From: Candidatus Poribacteria bacterium
GTDB lineage: Bacteria; Poribacteria; WGA-4E; WGA-3G
Reading direction: 5' to 3'
DNA: 64,000 bases
Assembly: GCA_965198235.1 (NCBI GenBank)
Contig: OZ240248.1
Location: forward strand, 1,440,001 to 1,504,000
Shown piece after piece: positions 20,651 through 31,733 of this stretch (positions within the stretch are counted from its first letter, which is position 1; each line of letters begins with the position of its first letter). Both the position numbers and the translations under genes were made by a program. The notes under the pieces were generated by a model, which was not told the origin of the DNA, did no database searches, and saw nothing but the letters and a program-made list of their open reading frames with translations.

Positions 20651-21746
20651 GATACAAAGCATCCATGATCAGGCAATTGAAGCTATGGAAGAAGTTAAGG
20701 ATGCGGGCGAAATAGGACAACTCAGTTATCGCCAGCTGATATGGCGACGGTTTCGCAAAAATCGGATGGGGGTTATTGCGGGTGCCCTCTTGCTGGTCTT
20801 TTACATTCTCGCCATCGGTGCCGATTTCTTCGCGCCCTATCACTACAACGAAATCAATATGCGACTGCGGCACGTGCCGCCCCAACGTCTTCATTTCTCG
20901 GTCGAAGATGGGTTCTACGTTCACGGGTTAAAATCCGTCCGCAACCCAGACACTCTTGAGTTAGAATTCACTAAAGACTTGGCGAAACGTCATCCCGTTG
21001 AATTCTTTTTCAAGGATGCAGACGGCAGACGGCACCTCTTCAGTTCCGCTGGTCCCATGTTCCTGTTAGGCACCGATCGGATGGGACGCGACCTGCTATC
21101 GCGAATCATGTACGGGGCGCGCGTCTCAATGACACTCGGCTTAGTCGGTGTTTTTCTTAGCATCATTCTCGGTTCTATCCTCGGCACTGTATCTGGATAT
21201 TGGGGCGGATGGGTAGACAACCTCATCCAACGCGTTATTGAAATCCTTTCGGCGTTCCCGGACATCCCGCTGTGGATGGCACTCGGTGCCGCGCTACCGC
21301 CCGGTTGGTCGAGCATCCAAATCTACTTCGGTATCACCATTATTTTGTCGATTATACGTTGGGGCGGATTGGCACGGCAGGTGCGTGGAAAGGTCTTGTC
21401 ATATCGGGAGAGTGATTTCGTTATGGCGGCACGTGCTGCTGGTGCAGGGCATTGGCACATCATCACAAGACATTTGCTACCCGGGTGTTATAGTCATATC
21501 ATCGTTATTGCCACACTCGCTATTCCCGGCATGATTCTGGGGGAGACCGCACTCAGTTTTCTCGGTTTGGGCATCCGTCCGCCGATGACGAGTTGGGGTG
21601 TCCTATTGGAGGAGGCACAGCGTGTCACCGTCCTGCTCCATTATCCGTGGCTCATTTTCCCGGCAGTCCCGGTCCTCGTCGTTGTAATTGCCTTTAACTT
21701 CTTAGGAGATGCCCTCCGCGATGCTGCAGATCCGTACTCAGACTAA
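20643..21746 (+). CDS. oppC: ABC permease (OppC/DppC-like)
   Basis: LLGTDRMGRDLLSR, AARAAGA, FNFLGDALRDAADP. Confidence 0.92.
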   Translation: MNEIQSIHDQAIEAMEEVKDAGEIGQLSYRQLIWRRFRKNRMGVIAGALLLVFYILAIGADFFAPYHYNEINMRLRHVPPQRLHFSVEDGFYVHGLKSVRNPDTLELEFTKDLAKRHPVEFFFKDADGRRHLFSSAGPMFLLGTDRMGRDLLSRIMYGARVSMTLGLVGVFLSIILGSILGTVSGYWGGWVDNLIQRVIEILSAFPDIPLWMALGAALPPGWSSIQIYFGITIILSIIRWGGLARQVRGKVLSYRESDFVMAARAAGAGHWHIITRHLLPGCYSHIIVIATLAIPGMILGETALSFLGLGIRPPMTSWGVLLEEAQRVTVLLHYPWLIFPAVPVLVVVIAFNFLGDALRDAADPYSD

Positions 21747-21817
21747 AAGTCGATCGTGGGAGGGCTTTGTAAGCCCGATTTACAATATGCGTGTGCCGTC
21801 TCGGTCCCCGGGCCCGG

Positions 21818-22028
21818 TAGGTGCGGTTTTATGAAGTTTAAGAATTTAATTCGGTAATCCCAATTTTCCTCAGTCATGGTAGGTGCGGTTTCCTTGGGGA
21901 AATCCGCAGAAACACCCTATCAAAAACCCCAAGCAAAGTGTTTTTGCTTGGGCGTTTCGCAAAAACACCGCACCGGGCATCTCTACAACATTACCGAATT
22001 ATTTTTTATCCACATCCAACCGCACCGG
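21818..22028. mobile_element. nested stack of REP/MITE-like inverted repeats
   Basis: Outer GGTGCGGTT...AACCGCACC; middle AATTCGGTAAT (21848)...ATTACCGAATT (22000); inner second GTAGGTGCGG...CCGCACC; core CCAAGCAAA...TTTGCTTGG. Confidence 0.65.
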
Positions 22029-22293
22029 ACTCCTCACGAGCGTATTGCATTCCATCCCCCTCGCTGAAGAGGTACAACCAGAAGCCCTGCCTGTTACTGG
22101 GGAGGGGTGCCGACTGATAACCGATAACTGACTGCTAACCCCTGATGACTATTTCAGCCCCGTAGGGGCGACATCTGTGTAGAAGTAGGTATAATATAAC
22201 AACCAGGTTTCCCCGTAGGGGGTTTTTGCTTGGGTGTTTCTTCAGCATTTGTATAGGAACTTTTTCGCTAAATTGACACCTATGGAGAAGAAT

Positions 22294-23124
22294 ATGCCAA
22301 CAGATACAGACCTCGGATTCTTCGCAACAGATGTTTCGTTCACCGACAAATCAGCAATCGTGACAGGTTCCAGCCGCGGTATTGGACGCGCAATTGCGAT
22401 TGAATTGGCACGCCAAGGTGCTGACGTGCTTATCAACTACAACCAAAATCGGGATGCCGCCGAATCCGTCCAGCAAGAAGTGGAAACACTCGGCAGAAAA
22501 GCGGTTATTATCCAAGCCGACATCAGCGACCTCGATGCACACCAAAAACTACTCGATACCGCACACGACGCTTTCGGGAAAGTGGATATCCTCATCAACA
22601 ACGCCGGCATCACCCGTATCGCTGACATTCTTGAAGAAACACCGGAACAGTTCGACCTGATTGTCAACACCAACCTCAAAGCAACCCACTTCCTTACACA
22701 ACGCGTCGCAAATTACATGGTAGCAAACGAGATTCGTGGGTGTATTATCTATACCCTCTCGATTTCTGATATAATGGCATCCGACAACCGAACCGCCTAC
22801 TGTATCTCAAAAGCGGGGTTAGAGATGAGCATGCGCGCCTTTGCGGGACGCTTGGCAGCGCACGGCATTAAAGTGAACGGGATCGCTGCGGGTGTGATCG
22901 ATACAGACCTATCGCGCGTCCGTATACCGGATTATGAGGAAGCAGCGGAGAAAGGCTATATCTTCATGGTCCGCGCGGGTGCTCCTGAAGATGTCGCACA
23001 CGCCACTATTTCTGCGATGAAACTTTACGATACTGGAGTCGTCCTCCCCGCCGCCGGCGGTGTGATGACCCCCCTGTTAAATCTCAGATCCATGGCAGCC
23101 CTCAATATGAACAAAAAGAAGTAA
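22294..23124 (+). CDS. short-chain dehydrogenase/reductase (SDR)
   Basis: TGSSRGIG, NNAG, YxxxK (YCISK); start after GGAG at 22284. Confidence 0.9.
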   Translation: MPTDTDLGFFATDVSFTDKSAIVTGSSRGIGRAIAIELARQGADVLINYNQNRDAAESVQQEVETLGRKAVIIQADISDLDAHQKLLDTAHDAFGKVDILINNAGITRIADILEETPEQFDLIVNTNLKATHFLTQRVANYMVANEIRGCIIYTLSISDIMASDNRTAYCISKAGLEMSMRAFAGRLAAHGIKVNGIAAGVIDTDLSRVRIPDYEEAAEKGYIFMVRAGAPEDVAHATISAMKLYDTGVVLPAAGGVMTPLLNLRSMAALNMNKKK

Positions 23125-23126
23125 TC

Positions 23127-25808
23127 ATGGCTTTACACCCCGACTTTCCCGAATCTCCACACGCAATTATTGATCCCAAGGTCCGCTGGCTTCCAGATCA
23201 GTCCCTGCTGTTCGATTTGGAATATGGGATGCTACTCCCACCACTTGTGCAAAAGATTCGAGAGCAGGTCAAAACGTGGCGTGATGACAACTACAGTGGT
23301 GCTTCCGAAACAAGCAAAGCACTTCTCAATTGGTGGTTCAATACCCCTCACCTGCGAGAACAGGCCGACGGGACAATGACAGAATTTCAGTACTACTTCG
23401 CCCAGCGCGAAGCACTCGAAACCATCATCTACTTGTACGATGTTGTCAAGGTGAAAGACCAAGTTGATCTGTTCCGCTTTGATAGTTCCGGTGCCGTTTC
23501 GACAGGATTATTTGACGAAAACTGGCGACGGTTTGTGATAAAAATGGCGACAGGCACGGGCAAAACAAAGGTGATGAGTCTCGTAATCGCGTGGAGTTTC
23601 TTTCATAAGTTATATGAACAGGACTCGGAACTCTCGCGTAACTTCCTCGTCATTGCCCCTAATATCATTGTACTTGACCGGCTCTACCACGATTTCCAAG
23701 GTTTACGTATTTTCTATGAAGATCCGGTACTGCCTGATAACGGCTTTGAAGGAAATAATTGGCGTGACGATTTTCAACTCACCCTGCATGTACAGGACGA
23801 GGTGCGTGCCACTCATGCCACTGGCAACATTTTTCTCACAAACATCCACCGCGTCTATTCCAGCGATCAATCCCCGCCGGCACCCGATGATGAAAACAGT
23901 ATGGACTACTTCTTAGGCAAAAAACCGACAGGGGCAACAACAGATTCTAAGGTAGACCTCGGTGACATCGTCCGCAACATCGATGAACTGATGGTCCTCA
24001 ACGATGAAGCACACCATGTTCACGATCCCAAGTTGGCATGGTTCAAGTCCATTGAGGATATTCGCAACCGCCTCTTGCAGAAAGGCAGCGAATTGGCGTT
24101 GCAAGTAGATGTAAGTGCTACCCCCAAACATAGCAACGGTGCAATTTTTGTGCAGACGGTCGCCGATTATCCGCTTGTAGAGGCGATTTCGCAAAACATC
24201 GTCAAACACCCTGTTCTTCCTGATGCTGAAAGCCGAGCAAAACTTGTTGAACGCCAAAGCGTCAAGTACACCGAGAAATATGCAGACTACCTTGAACTCG
24301 GTATTGTTGAATGGCGCAAAGTTTATGCAGAACACGAAAAACTCGGTAAGAAAGCGATCCTGTTTGTGATGACCGATAATACGCGGAACTGCGATGAGGT
24401 GGCGATTTACCTCGAAAACCGCTACCCGGAGCTCAAAGATGCCGTTCTCGTCATTCACACCAAGCAAAACGGCGAAATCTCCGAGGCGACGTCTGGGAGA
24501 AACAGAGAGGAACTTGAGAAACTCCGTAAGCAAGCAAATGAAATTGATTCGTTGGAAAGCCCATACAAGGCAATCGTCTCCGTGTTGATGCTTAAAGAGG
24601 GATGGGATGTCAAGAACGTTACCACTATTGTTGGACTCCGCGCCTATTCCGCTAAACCCAATATCTTACCGGAGCAAACTCTTGGACGTGGGCTACGTCT
24701 GATGTACGCCGGAACCGAGAAGGAATCCGTAAGCGTCATCGGCACCGATGTCTTCATGGAATTTGTTGAGTCAATTAAATCGGAAGGGGTCGAATTGGAA
24801 CGCCAAGCCATGGGTGAAGGCACTAAACCTAAAGCACCTCTCGTAGTTGAGGTAGACAAGGCAAATGTCAACAAGGATCTTGACGCGCTTGATATTGACA
24901 TTCCGATATTAACGCGCCGCGTCTATCGGGAATACACGAACCTCGCGGACTTGGAAGTTGCGCGGGCCAATTTTACACCAGTGGCGTATCAAGCGTTTGA
25001 CGAGACATCGGAACGCGAAATTGTTTTCAAGGACATGACAACTGGCGAAGTTACACACACTACGGTGTTAGATGGTAGTGGAGCCGCGGATTACCGCAGC
25101 ACCCTCGGCTATTTCGCAGAGACTATCCGTAAAGACCTCCGACTCGTCAGCGGTTACGATGTCCTGTACGGAAAGGTTAAAGACTTTGTGCAGGATCAAC
25201 TCTTTGGTGAGACCGTGCCGCTGAACGACCCGAATACCTTATACAGTTTGTCAGAATTGCCTGCCACAAAGACTGTCATTGAAACCTTCAAACGCGCTAT
25301 CAACGACCTCACAGTCCGGGATAAAGGGGAAGCTGAGTTGAACGAGACTATCAGAGCGCAAGATACACGACCTTTTATGGTCAAAGAGCAGGAGTCCCTG
25401 ATTCCCCAAAAATCTGTATTCAATAGAATCACCGGCGATAGTCATTTTGAATTGGAATTCGCCGTATTTTTGGAAAACTGCCCTGATGTCCTCTCTTACG
25501 TCAAAAACTACCCCGGAGTACATTTCAAACTCGACTACATAAACGCCGATAGCGACCTCTCTAACTACTATCCAGATTTCCTCGTCAAGTTGACGGATGG
25601 ACGTATAATTGTTGTTGAAACGAAGGGCAGAGAAGATTTGGACGTGCCGCTCAAGATGCGCCGATTGTCACAATGGTGTGAGGATGTCAACAGAACCGCA
25701 ACAGATGTTGATTATAACTTCGTCTATGTTGACCAAGAGAGTTTTGACGTATACAGACCGGAAACCTTCCAGCAACTCCTTGATAGCTTCACGGAGTATA
25801 GAATTTGA
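23127..25808 (+). CDS. res: type III restriction enzyme Res subunit
   Basis: MATGTGKT, DEAHH, EGWDV, QTLGRGLR helicase motifs; C-terminal YYPDF...VETKG nuclease motif. Confidence 0.9.
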   Translation: MALHPDFPESPHAIIDPKVRWLPDQSLLFDLEYGMLLPPLVQKIREQVKTWRDDNYSGASETSKALLNWWFNTPHLREQADGTMTEFQYYFAQREALETIIYLYDVVKVKDQVDLFRFDSSGAVSTGLFDENWRRFVIKMATGTGKTKVMSLVIAWSFFHKLYEQDSELSRNFLVIAPNIIVLDRLYHDFQGLRIFYEDPVLPDNGFEGNNWRDDFQLTLHVQDEVRATHATGNIFLTNIHRVYSSDQSPPAPDDENSMDYFLGKKPTGATTDSKVDLGDIVRNIDELMVLNDEAHHVHDPKLAWFKSIEDIRNRLLQKGSELALQVDVSATPKHSNGAIFVQTVADYPLVEAISQNIVKHPVLPDAESRAKLVERQSVKYTEKYADYLELGIVEWRKVYAEHEKLGKKAILFVMTDNTRNCDEVAIYLENRYPELKDAVLVIHTKQNGEISEATSGRNREELEKLRKQANEIDSLESPYKAIVSVLMLKEGWDVKNVTTIVGLRAYSAKPNILPEQTLGRGLRLMYAGTEKESVSVIGTDVFMEFVESIKSEGVELERQAMGEGTKPKAPLVVEVDKANVNKDLDALDIDIPILTRRVYREYTNLADLEVARANFTPVAYQAFDETSEREIVFKDMTTGEVTHTTVLDGSGAADYRSTLGYFAETIRKDLRLVSGYDVLYGKVKDFVQDQLFGETVPLNDPNTLYSLSELPATKTVIETFKRAINDLTVRDKGEAELNETIRAQDTRPFMVKEQESLIPQKSVFNRITGDSHFELEFAVFLENCPDVLSYVKNYPGVHFKLDYINADSDLSNYYPDFLVKLTDGRIIVVETKGREDLDVPLKMRRLSQWCEDVNRTATDVDYNFVYVDQESFDVYRPETFQQLLDSFTEYRI

Positions 25809-25948
25809 TGTCATAACGTGAATTCGATAAAAGTGCTTTGTAGCACAAATTGTTAGTTTGTGGCATCGGGCTTTTCCCTCCGCCGCTGGTAAGGTTTCCC
25901 AATCTCGCCCCTATTCAATTGACAAATATGGTGAGTTTTAAAAATAAT

Positions 25949-26070
25949 AGGACTTACGCATTTCCTCTTAAAGTCCCCTGATAAGGGGGATTTAGGGGGT
26001 TAAATACAAGAAAATGACGACTTTTCAGCAAAATAGGTTTCCCTTCATCTGTTCAACTTGCGTAAGTACT
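25949..26070. mobile_element. second AGGACTTACGCA-TIR MITE
   Basis: aggacttacgca...tgcgtaagtact (1 mismatch); same CCCCTGATAAGGGGG hairpin as 13887-13986. Confidence 0.72.
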
Positions 26071-26635
26071 GAATAAGTAGACATCGTATAGATATTTTTT
26101 TACCGGTTTCTCCCATCCTATCAGAGAACTGACTGTCTCAGATGACAAAATCGTCACGTACGCCCCAAAAGATAAGCACCTCCGGCTCTCAAAATACTCA
26201 TACTCTAAGTTAATCCTATTTTCACATTCGTTTTTTCACGGAGAAGGCGAATATTGCCTCTTGGCAACCCACGGCCCGTCTACGTCCGTGAAAACCTCCG
26301 TGAAGCCTCCATGAAAGTCAGGATTTTTTTCGGAATATTTACAGTCAGATATACGATTATCTGTTCAGTGCCGAGAAAGTTTTATGGCTGATATAGATCG
26401 GTATGAAATTTTCATAGCAACTTTCATAGCACGCTTTGACGAAAACCGTCTAAAACCCAATACAGGTCAGGGTTTATCCCTTTTACGACACCTATTGATT
26501 TCTCAGCTTTGCTATGAAAACTGTGAAAATATCCTCGGCTTTGCGAATGTGTAGACATTTCAGGAAATACTGGATCCGTCCTTTTTCGCTGGCAAAGTTA
26601 GAAACCGAATGCCTCTACGGAAATCCGAAAACCGC

Positions 26636-26665
26636 TTGACATACCATACCAATTTGTGCTAAACT
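26636..26665 (+). promoter_or_regulatory. sigma70 promoter candidate for the ParA-HEPN cassette
   Basis: TTGACA-N18-TAAACT with TGn extension. Confidence 0.55.
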
Positions 26666-26712
26666 TTAAAAACATTCTCACAAGTTTTCTCATCTTTGAG
26701 AGGGGTGGCACT

Positions 26713-27819
26713 ATGACAGTTTACGCATTTTGGAACAATAAAGGAGGGGTTGGTAAGAGTTTTTTAAGCTTTGTTGCAGCAACAGAGTATGCCCGTACTT
26801 ACCCAGATACCGATGTCTATGTTATAGACCTTTGCCCTCAGGCAAATATCTCTGAGATGTTACTTCTGAATTCCGATATCTTAGTTGATCCCGACGACGA
26901 AATCTCTGACGATGGGATGTCCGACAACGAAAGTTATGAGGTAATACACAAAAGTTATGAGGTAATACACAAATTGATAGGGCAGACCCCTCGTGCTACG
27001 GTCGCAGGTTACCTTGAAGCACGGCTGAATTCTCCGTTCCGTACCATTGAGGATGTATCTCATTACGTATGTCGCCCTCGGGACTTCAACGCAAAAATTC
27101 CCGTAAATTTACTTCTGGTGTGCGGCGATAATCTGCTTGAAATTCTGTCAGAAGCGATTCGCCAGATGTCTCAGTTGGCACTTCCAGCAGATGCATGGAA
27201 ACAGGTACTCAACTGGATTAAGGATCTAACCTTTGCGTTGCGTAAGCGGAGCGGGAACAGAGATGCACTTTTCATCCTCGACTGTAATCCGAGTTTCGCT
27301 ATCTACACCCAATTGGCTCTTGTCGCTGCAGAAAACGTTATTGTGCCCTTTACGCCTGATGATAGTTCGCGTTGGGCTGTGGAGAATGTCGTAGCACTAC
27401 TTTATGGCCACGGTACGGGGGACCCGAAGATAGAAACTTATGCGAAAATCAACTTTGCCAACAGAGCAAAGGGCGAGGGTTTGGATATCCCGAAACTCCA
27501 CACCTTCATCAGTAATCGCGTAACTCTCTATCGCAGCAAAGCAAGCAAAGCATTTGAGGCGGTTAATGCATCTATTAAAGAAACACTAGAGGCTCTCCAC
27601 AAGAAACGTCGCCAGATCTATGCAAACCCAAAAGAGTTACCAAGTGAGAGACTCATAGAGATACCTGACTATCACAGTGCTTGTGTCGTTATGACGGTTA
27701 AAGGAATACCCTTAGATAGTCTTCACCCTGGACCGAATGTAGTTCACGGTAGACTCCAACTCAATTCCGGTCCAACTCAATTCCGAACCGTTAGAACGGT
27801 ATCGAAGTGCCCTTACTGA
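26713..27819 (+). CDS. ParA/Soj-family ATPase; C-terminus frameshifted by a 16-bp duplication
   Basis: WNNKGGVGKS deviant Walker A, IDLCPQAN, ILDCNPS; SD GAGGGG; duplications at 26930-26971 and 27755-27785. Confidence 0.82.
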   Translation: MTVYAFWNNKGGVGKSFLSFVAATEYARTYPDTDVYVIDLCPQANISEMLLLNSDILVDPDDEISDDGMSDNESYEVIHKSYEVIHKLIGQTPRATVAGYLEARLNSPFRTIEDVSHYVCRPRDFNAKIPVNLLLVCGDNLLEILSEAIRQMSQLALPADAWKQVLNWIKDLTFALRKRSGNRDALFILDCNPSFAIYTQLALVAAENVIVPFTPDDSSRWAVENVVALLYGHGTGDPKIETYAKINFANRAKGEGLDIPKLHTFISNRVTLYRSKASKAFEAVNASIKETLEALHKKRRQIYANPKELPSERLIEIPDYHSACVVMTVKGIPLDSLHPGPNVVHGRLQLNSGPTQFRTVRTVSKCPY

Positions 27820-27847
27820 ATTTGTAAATTGTCTTTAAAGGTTCCTT

Positions 27848-28435
27848 GTGCTATCACCAGCAGCATTGAAATATAGGACTACAGTAGACCGCATAGAGAC
27901 GCTTCACCGGACCGCAACGGACAAGCGATTGCATCCCATGTCCCATGATGAGATACAGGTTTACTACCGCGCAGCACTTACCGGTTACGTCGCAGCGTGG
28001 AACGCATACATAAAAAACATCGTGTACGACTTCTACGATGTGATACCGAATTCATCCCCTATTTACGCAGTCGCCCGACAAGCGGTGGAAAGATCAACGG
28101 AGAGATTCAATACGCCAAACTGGGAAAATACACAGAAATTTCTTGAACAATGCACAGGACATGATCCTATCAATGACTGGATCTGGAGTCGACGTGAAAT
28201 GAATGGCTTTCAGGTTCGTGTGAGATTGAATGAAATTTTACGTGTCTGCCATAGTCTGGCACACGGTTCTGATATGCCTGCTTACAATTGGACACAATCG
28301 CCGAGTGGCAGAGTCCGCCTAACCAGCAAAGCCATTCAAGACACTGAGGCTTTCTTCAAAAACCTTGTCAATATTACGGACAGTGGTATGAAAGAGCATA
28401 TTAATCTGACTTACGGGCTCACCGCTTCTTGGTAA
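27848..28435 (+). CDS. HEPN-domain protein (RiboL-PSP/MAE_28990-like), catalytic motif apparently degenerate
   Basis: VAAWNAYIK helix, FNTPN, and LNEILRVCHSLAHG where RHxxAHG is expected. Confidence 0.65.
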   Translation: MLSPAALKYRTTVDRIETLHRTATDKRLHPMSHDEIQVYYRAALTGYVAAWNAYIKNIVYDFYDVIPNSSPIYAVARQAVERSTERFNTPNWENTQKFLEQCTGHDPINDWIWSRREMNGFQVRVRLNEILRVCHSLAHGSDMPAYNWTQSPSGRVRLTSKAIQDTEAFFKNLVNITDSGMKEHINLTYGLTASW

Positions 28436-28468
28436 TCAAGCTGTGTTCTACTGATACATTAGTAAATT

Positions 28469-28939
28469 ATGAAAAATCTCATAATAGCAAACTACAAACT
28501 TTTAATCGTATTAATCGTCTTAGTGGTCTTATTAAGTCTCGTGTACATGGCAGTGGATCTTCCCTTCACTGATTTAGAGAACATCCTTTTGCAAATTATT
28601 TTCTTAGCAATAGGATGTAGTGTTTCATTCTTTGTCGGGCAAAAGTCAGTTGAAAAGGCGGCGAAAGAAGTTATTAAACCACACGCTCGGTCTGCGTTTC
28701 GGCGCCTGATCTTCCTCTATCTGACCCTCCGGCGGGCGGCAGCCGCAATAGAATCAGCACAGCATTCAGAATCTCAAGAAAACTACCAAGTGATACTTGC
28801 CCGGCTTGAAGAAATTGTCACTGCACAACTGATGACAGCAGATGATGCCCTAAGCGATTGGGATGATATTGTTCCGGAAGATGTGAAAGAGTTAAAACAG
28901 AAACTCCAATCTGAAGATATAATGGAGGATGGACAATGA
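28469..28939 (+). CDS. hypothetical membrane protein (2 N-terminal TM helices)
   Basis: Two hydrophobic stretches followed by a helical tail; ATGA overlap with the next gene. Confidence 0.6.
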   Translation: MKNLIIANYKLLIVLIVLVVLLSLVYMAVDLPFTDLENILLQIIFLAIGCSVSFFVGQKSVEKAAKEVIKPHARSAFRRLIFLYLTLRRAAAAIESAQHSESQENYQVILARLEEIVTAQLMTADDALSDWDDIVPEDVKELKQKLQSEDIMEDGQ

Positions 28940-29394
28940 CTGAACCAATTCGTGGAAAAATCGCACGAGTACTTAACGAACGAGAAATTGCGATAAATGT
29001 CGGAACTACACATGGCGTGACTGTTGGTATGTACTTTGATGTGATGGATGCCCATGATGAAGATGTAAGAGATCCTGATACGAACGAAGTATTGGGCTCT
29101 ATTGAGCGTCCGAAAGTCAGAGTCAAGGTTACTTACATTCAAGAAAGACTGTCTGTAGCATCTACATACAGATCAGAAAGCGTCAATATTGGAGGTTCTG
29201 GATATGATATCCTTGGACCGTTCTCTAGATCTCTTATGCCACCCAATTGGGTAACGAAGTATGAGACGTTAAAAAAGAAAGAGAAAATTAGCGATGAGCT
29301 CAATGAGGAAGATAGCCTTGCAAAAACTGGCGATCCCGTTGTTCAAGTCATTGAGACACAAGAGGCGGAACAGGAAGATGCCAATAGAAAATAA
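28936..29394 (+). CDS. hypothetical protein, FlgT C-terminal-like beta domain
   Basis: IAINVG..HGV.VGM.F.V...DPDTNEVLG pattern; SD GGAGG. Confidence 0.55.
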   Translation: MTEPIRGKIARVLNEREIAINVGTTHGVTVGMYFDVMDAHDEDVRDPDTNEVLGSIERPKVRVKVTYIQERLSVASTYRSESVNIGGSGYDILGPFSRSLMPPNWVTKYETLKKKEKISDELNEEDSLAKTGDPVVQVIETQEAEQEDANRK

Positions 29395-29411
29395 AAGGAA
29401 CAAGGATCGTT

Positions 29412-31691
29412 ATGCCACGACTCACTGAACAGGAACAACAAGAAATCATCCGCTTTATTGAGGCAGACAAACCGCTGCCCGACAAATACCGCTTCCTGCT
29501 GTTTGAAGACAAACGCGAGGTAGAACTCGTCTGGAACGGCAAGACCAACGAGGTCTGCAACATCGTCCTCCCCTTTCAGACAATTGAGCACGTAGACGAA
29601 CCCCGCTCCGAAAAACTTTCCGATGACAATCTGCAACTCGATTTGTTTGACACACGTGGCCGCCAACGCAAAGGTTGGACGAACAAGTTAATCTGGGGCG
29701 ACAACAAACTGGTTTTGTCATCACTCAAGAACGGACCGCTGCGCGAGGAGATTGAAGCACAAGGCGGGCTCAAATTCATCTATATCGATCCGCCTTTTGA
29801 CGTGGGCGCGGATTTTTCTATGGATATCGAAATTGGTGGTGAGACGCTCACCAAAAATCCAAACATCCTTGAAGAAATCGCCTATCGCGATACTTGGGGT
29901 AAGGGTACGGATTCGTTCCTTACAATGATTCACGAAAGGTTGATTCTGATGCGAGATTTACTGACAGAGGATGGCAGTATCTATGTGCATTGTGATTGGC
30001 GGGTGAATTCATCACTTCGGTTTGTATTGAATGAAGTCTTTCATGATTCAAACTTCGTCAATGAAATTATCTGGAGACGTAAGCAAGCGCAGGCATGGTC
30101 TTCTGACCAGTTTGGTATAACGAATGATACTTTATTATTATATGGGAAATCGAGCGACCGTGTTTTCAACCCAACTTATTCAAAGGATGACGATAACACA
30201 GAAAAATACATTAAAGAACGATTCAAATTTGATGATGGAGACGGTCGGAAATATATGAAGTCTCCTTTAGTGAACCCTTTAGTGCGTCCCAATCTGCAAT
30301 ACGAGTTTCATGGTGTAAAGCCTCCCAAGACTGGTTGGTTGTATAAAAAAGAGCGCATGGAGGAAATGTATCAGAACAACGAGTTAGTAATGCCGGATAG
30401 TCCAAACGCTCGAATATACCGAAAAATTTATCTTGATACCTATCCGGGGCAGATGGTTCAGAATGTGTGGGTTGATATCCCTATAGTTAATCCAATGGCC
30501 GATGAACGAGTCGATTATCCCACCCAAAAGCCGGAAGCCCTACTCGAACGCATCATTAGGGCCTCCTCCAATGAAGGCGACCTCATCGCCGACTTCTTCT
30601 GCGGTTCTGGCACCACTGCCGCCGTTGCTGAAAAACTGGGGCGCAAGTGGATCGCTACAGACCTTGGCAAATTCGCCATCCACACCACGCGCAAACGAAT
30701 GATCGGAGTCCAGCGTCAACTAAAATCAGATAGCACAGACTACCGTGCCTTTGAGATTATTAATCTCGGTAAATATGAACGTCAACACTACATCGGTGTT
30801 AATCCAAATCTCCGCGAGGAGGAACAGCAGAAACAATTGATAGAAAGGGAAAAGGCGTTCATTGACCTCATCCTATGTGCTTATGCTGCTGAAAAGACTG
30901 AGGGGTTTACCAGTTTTCAGGGGAAGAAAGCCGGTAGACTGATAGCAATCGGTCCCGTCAATTTACCGGTAACACGCCTACTCATAGAGGAGATCATTCT
31001 TGAATGCCGCAAACATCAAGTTACTCGGGTAGATATTCTCGGCTTTGAGTTTGAGATGGGTCTATTTCCTAACGTGTTAGATGAGGCGAAAAGCAGGGAC
31101 ATCAACATCGCACCGAAATACATCCCCGCTGAAGTATTTGACAAGCGTGCAGTGGAGCAGGGGCAGGTGGTATTTCACGATGTAGCGTTCATTGAAGTCA
31201 AACCTCACATCAAGGCAGGTGGGAAAGGTAAGCCCGCGACAGTAGCGTTAGAATTAACCGATTTTTCCGTCTTTTACTCACAAGATTCCATCTCCAACGC
31301 TGAGCAGACACTCAAGAACAGGAGCAGTCGCATCGTGTTGGAAAAAGGGCAAGTCGTAAAGGTGAGCAAAGATGCAGATGGGATTGTCAGTCGAGACATA
31401 TTGACTAAAGAATGGACAGACTGGATCGACTATTGATCAGTTGATTTTGACTTTGAGAGCAAACACGAGATTATCCGCATGCAAGATTCAAAAATGGGTG
31501 AGTGGGAAGAACAGTGGACAGGCGACTACGTCTTTGAAAATGAGTGGCAAAGTTTCCGCACTAAGAAAGACCGCTCATTGGAATTAACCAGCGTCGCCCA
31601 CGAATGCACACCCGGCCGCCGCAAACTTGCTGTCAAGGTCGTTGACATCTTTGGCAATGACACAATGACGATTGTAGAGGTATCGGTGTGA
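29412..31691 (+). pseudogene. mod: type III R-M Mod (N6-adenine MTase) interrupted by an in-frame TGA at 31434-31436
   Basis: IYIDPPF, YPTQKPE, DFFCGSGTT; reading continues in frame DWIDY*SVDFDFES...KVVDIFGNDT to 31691. Confidence 0.85.
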
Positions 31692-31733
31692 AATTGCCCC
31701 TAAACATAGAAAATATTTTTTCAGGAGATAATC

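Noticed and set aside
26080-26630. Non-coding stretch with short inverted and direct repeats (TTTCACGGAG/CTCCGTGAA, TTTCATAGC/GCTATGAAA) as ncRNA, parS or att site
   Set aside because: Repeats are short and irregular, and no family could be assigned
31434-31436. Genome-wide TGA recoding (Trp/Gly) or selenocysteine
   Set aside because: TGA acts as a normal stop for many genes here (e.g. 2414, 16499, 20650, 28939), and the expected residue is Trp, not Cys
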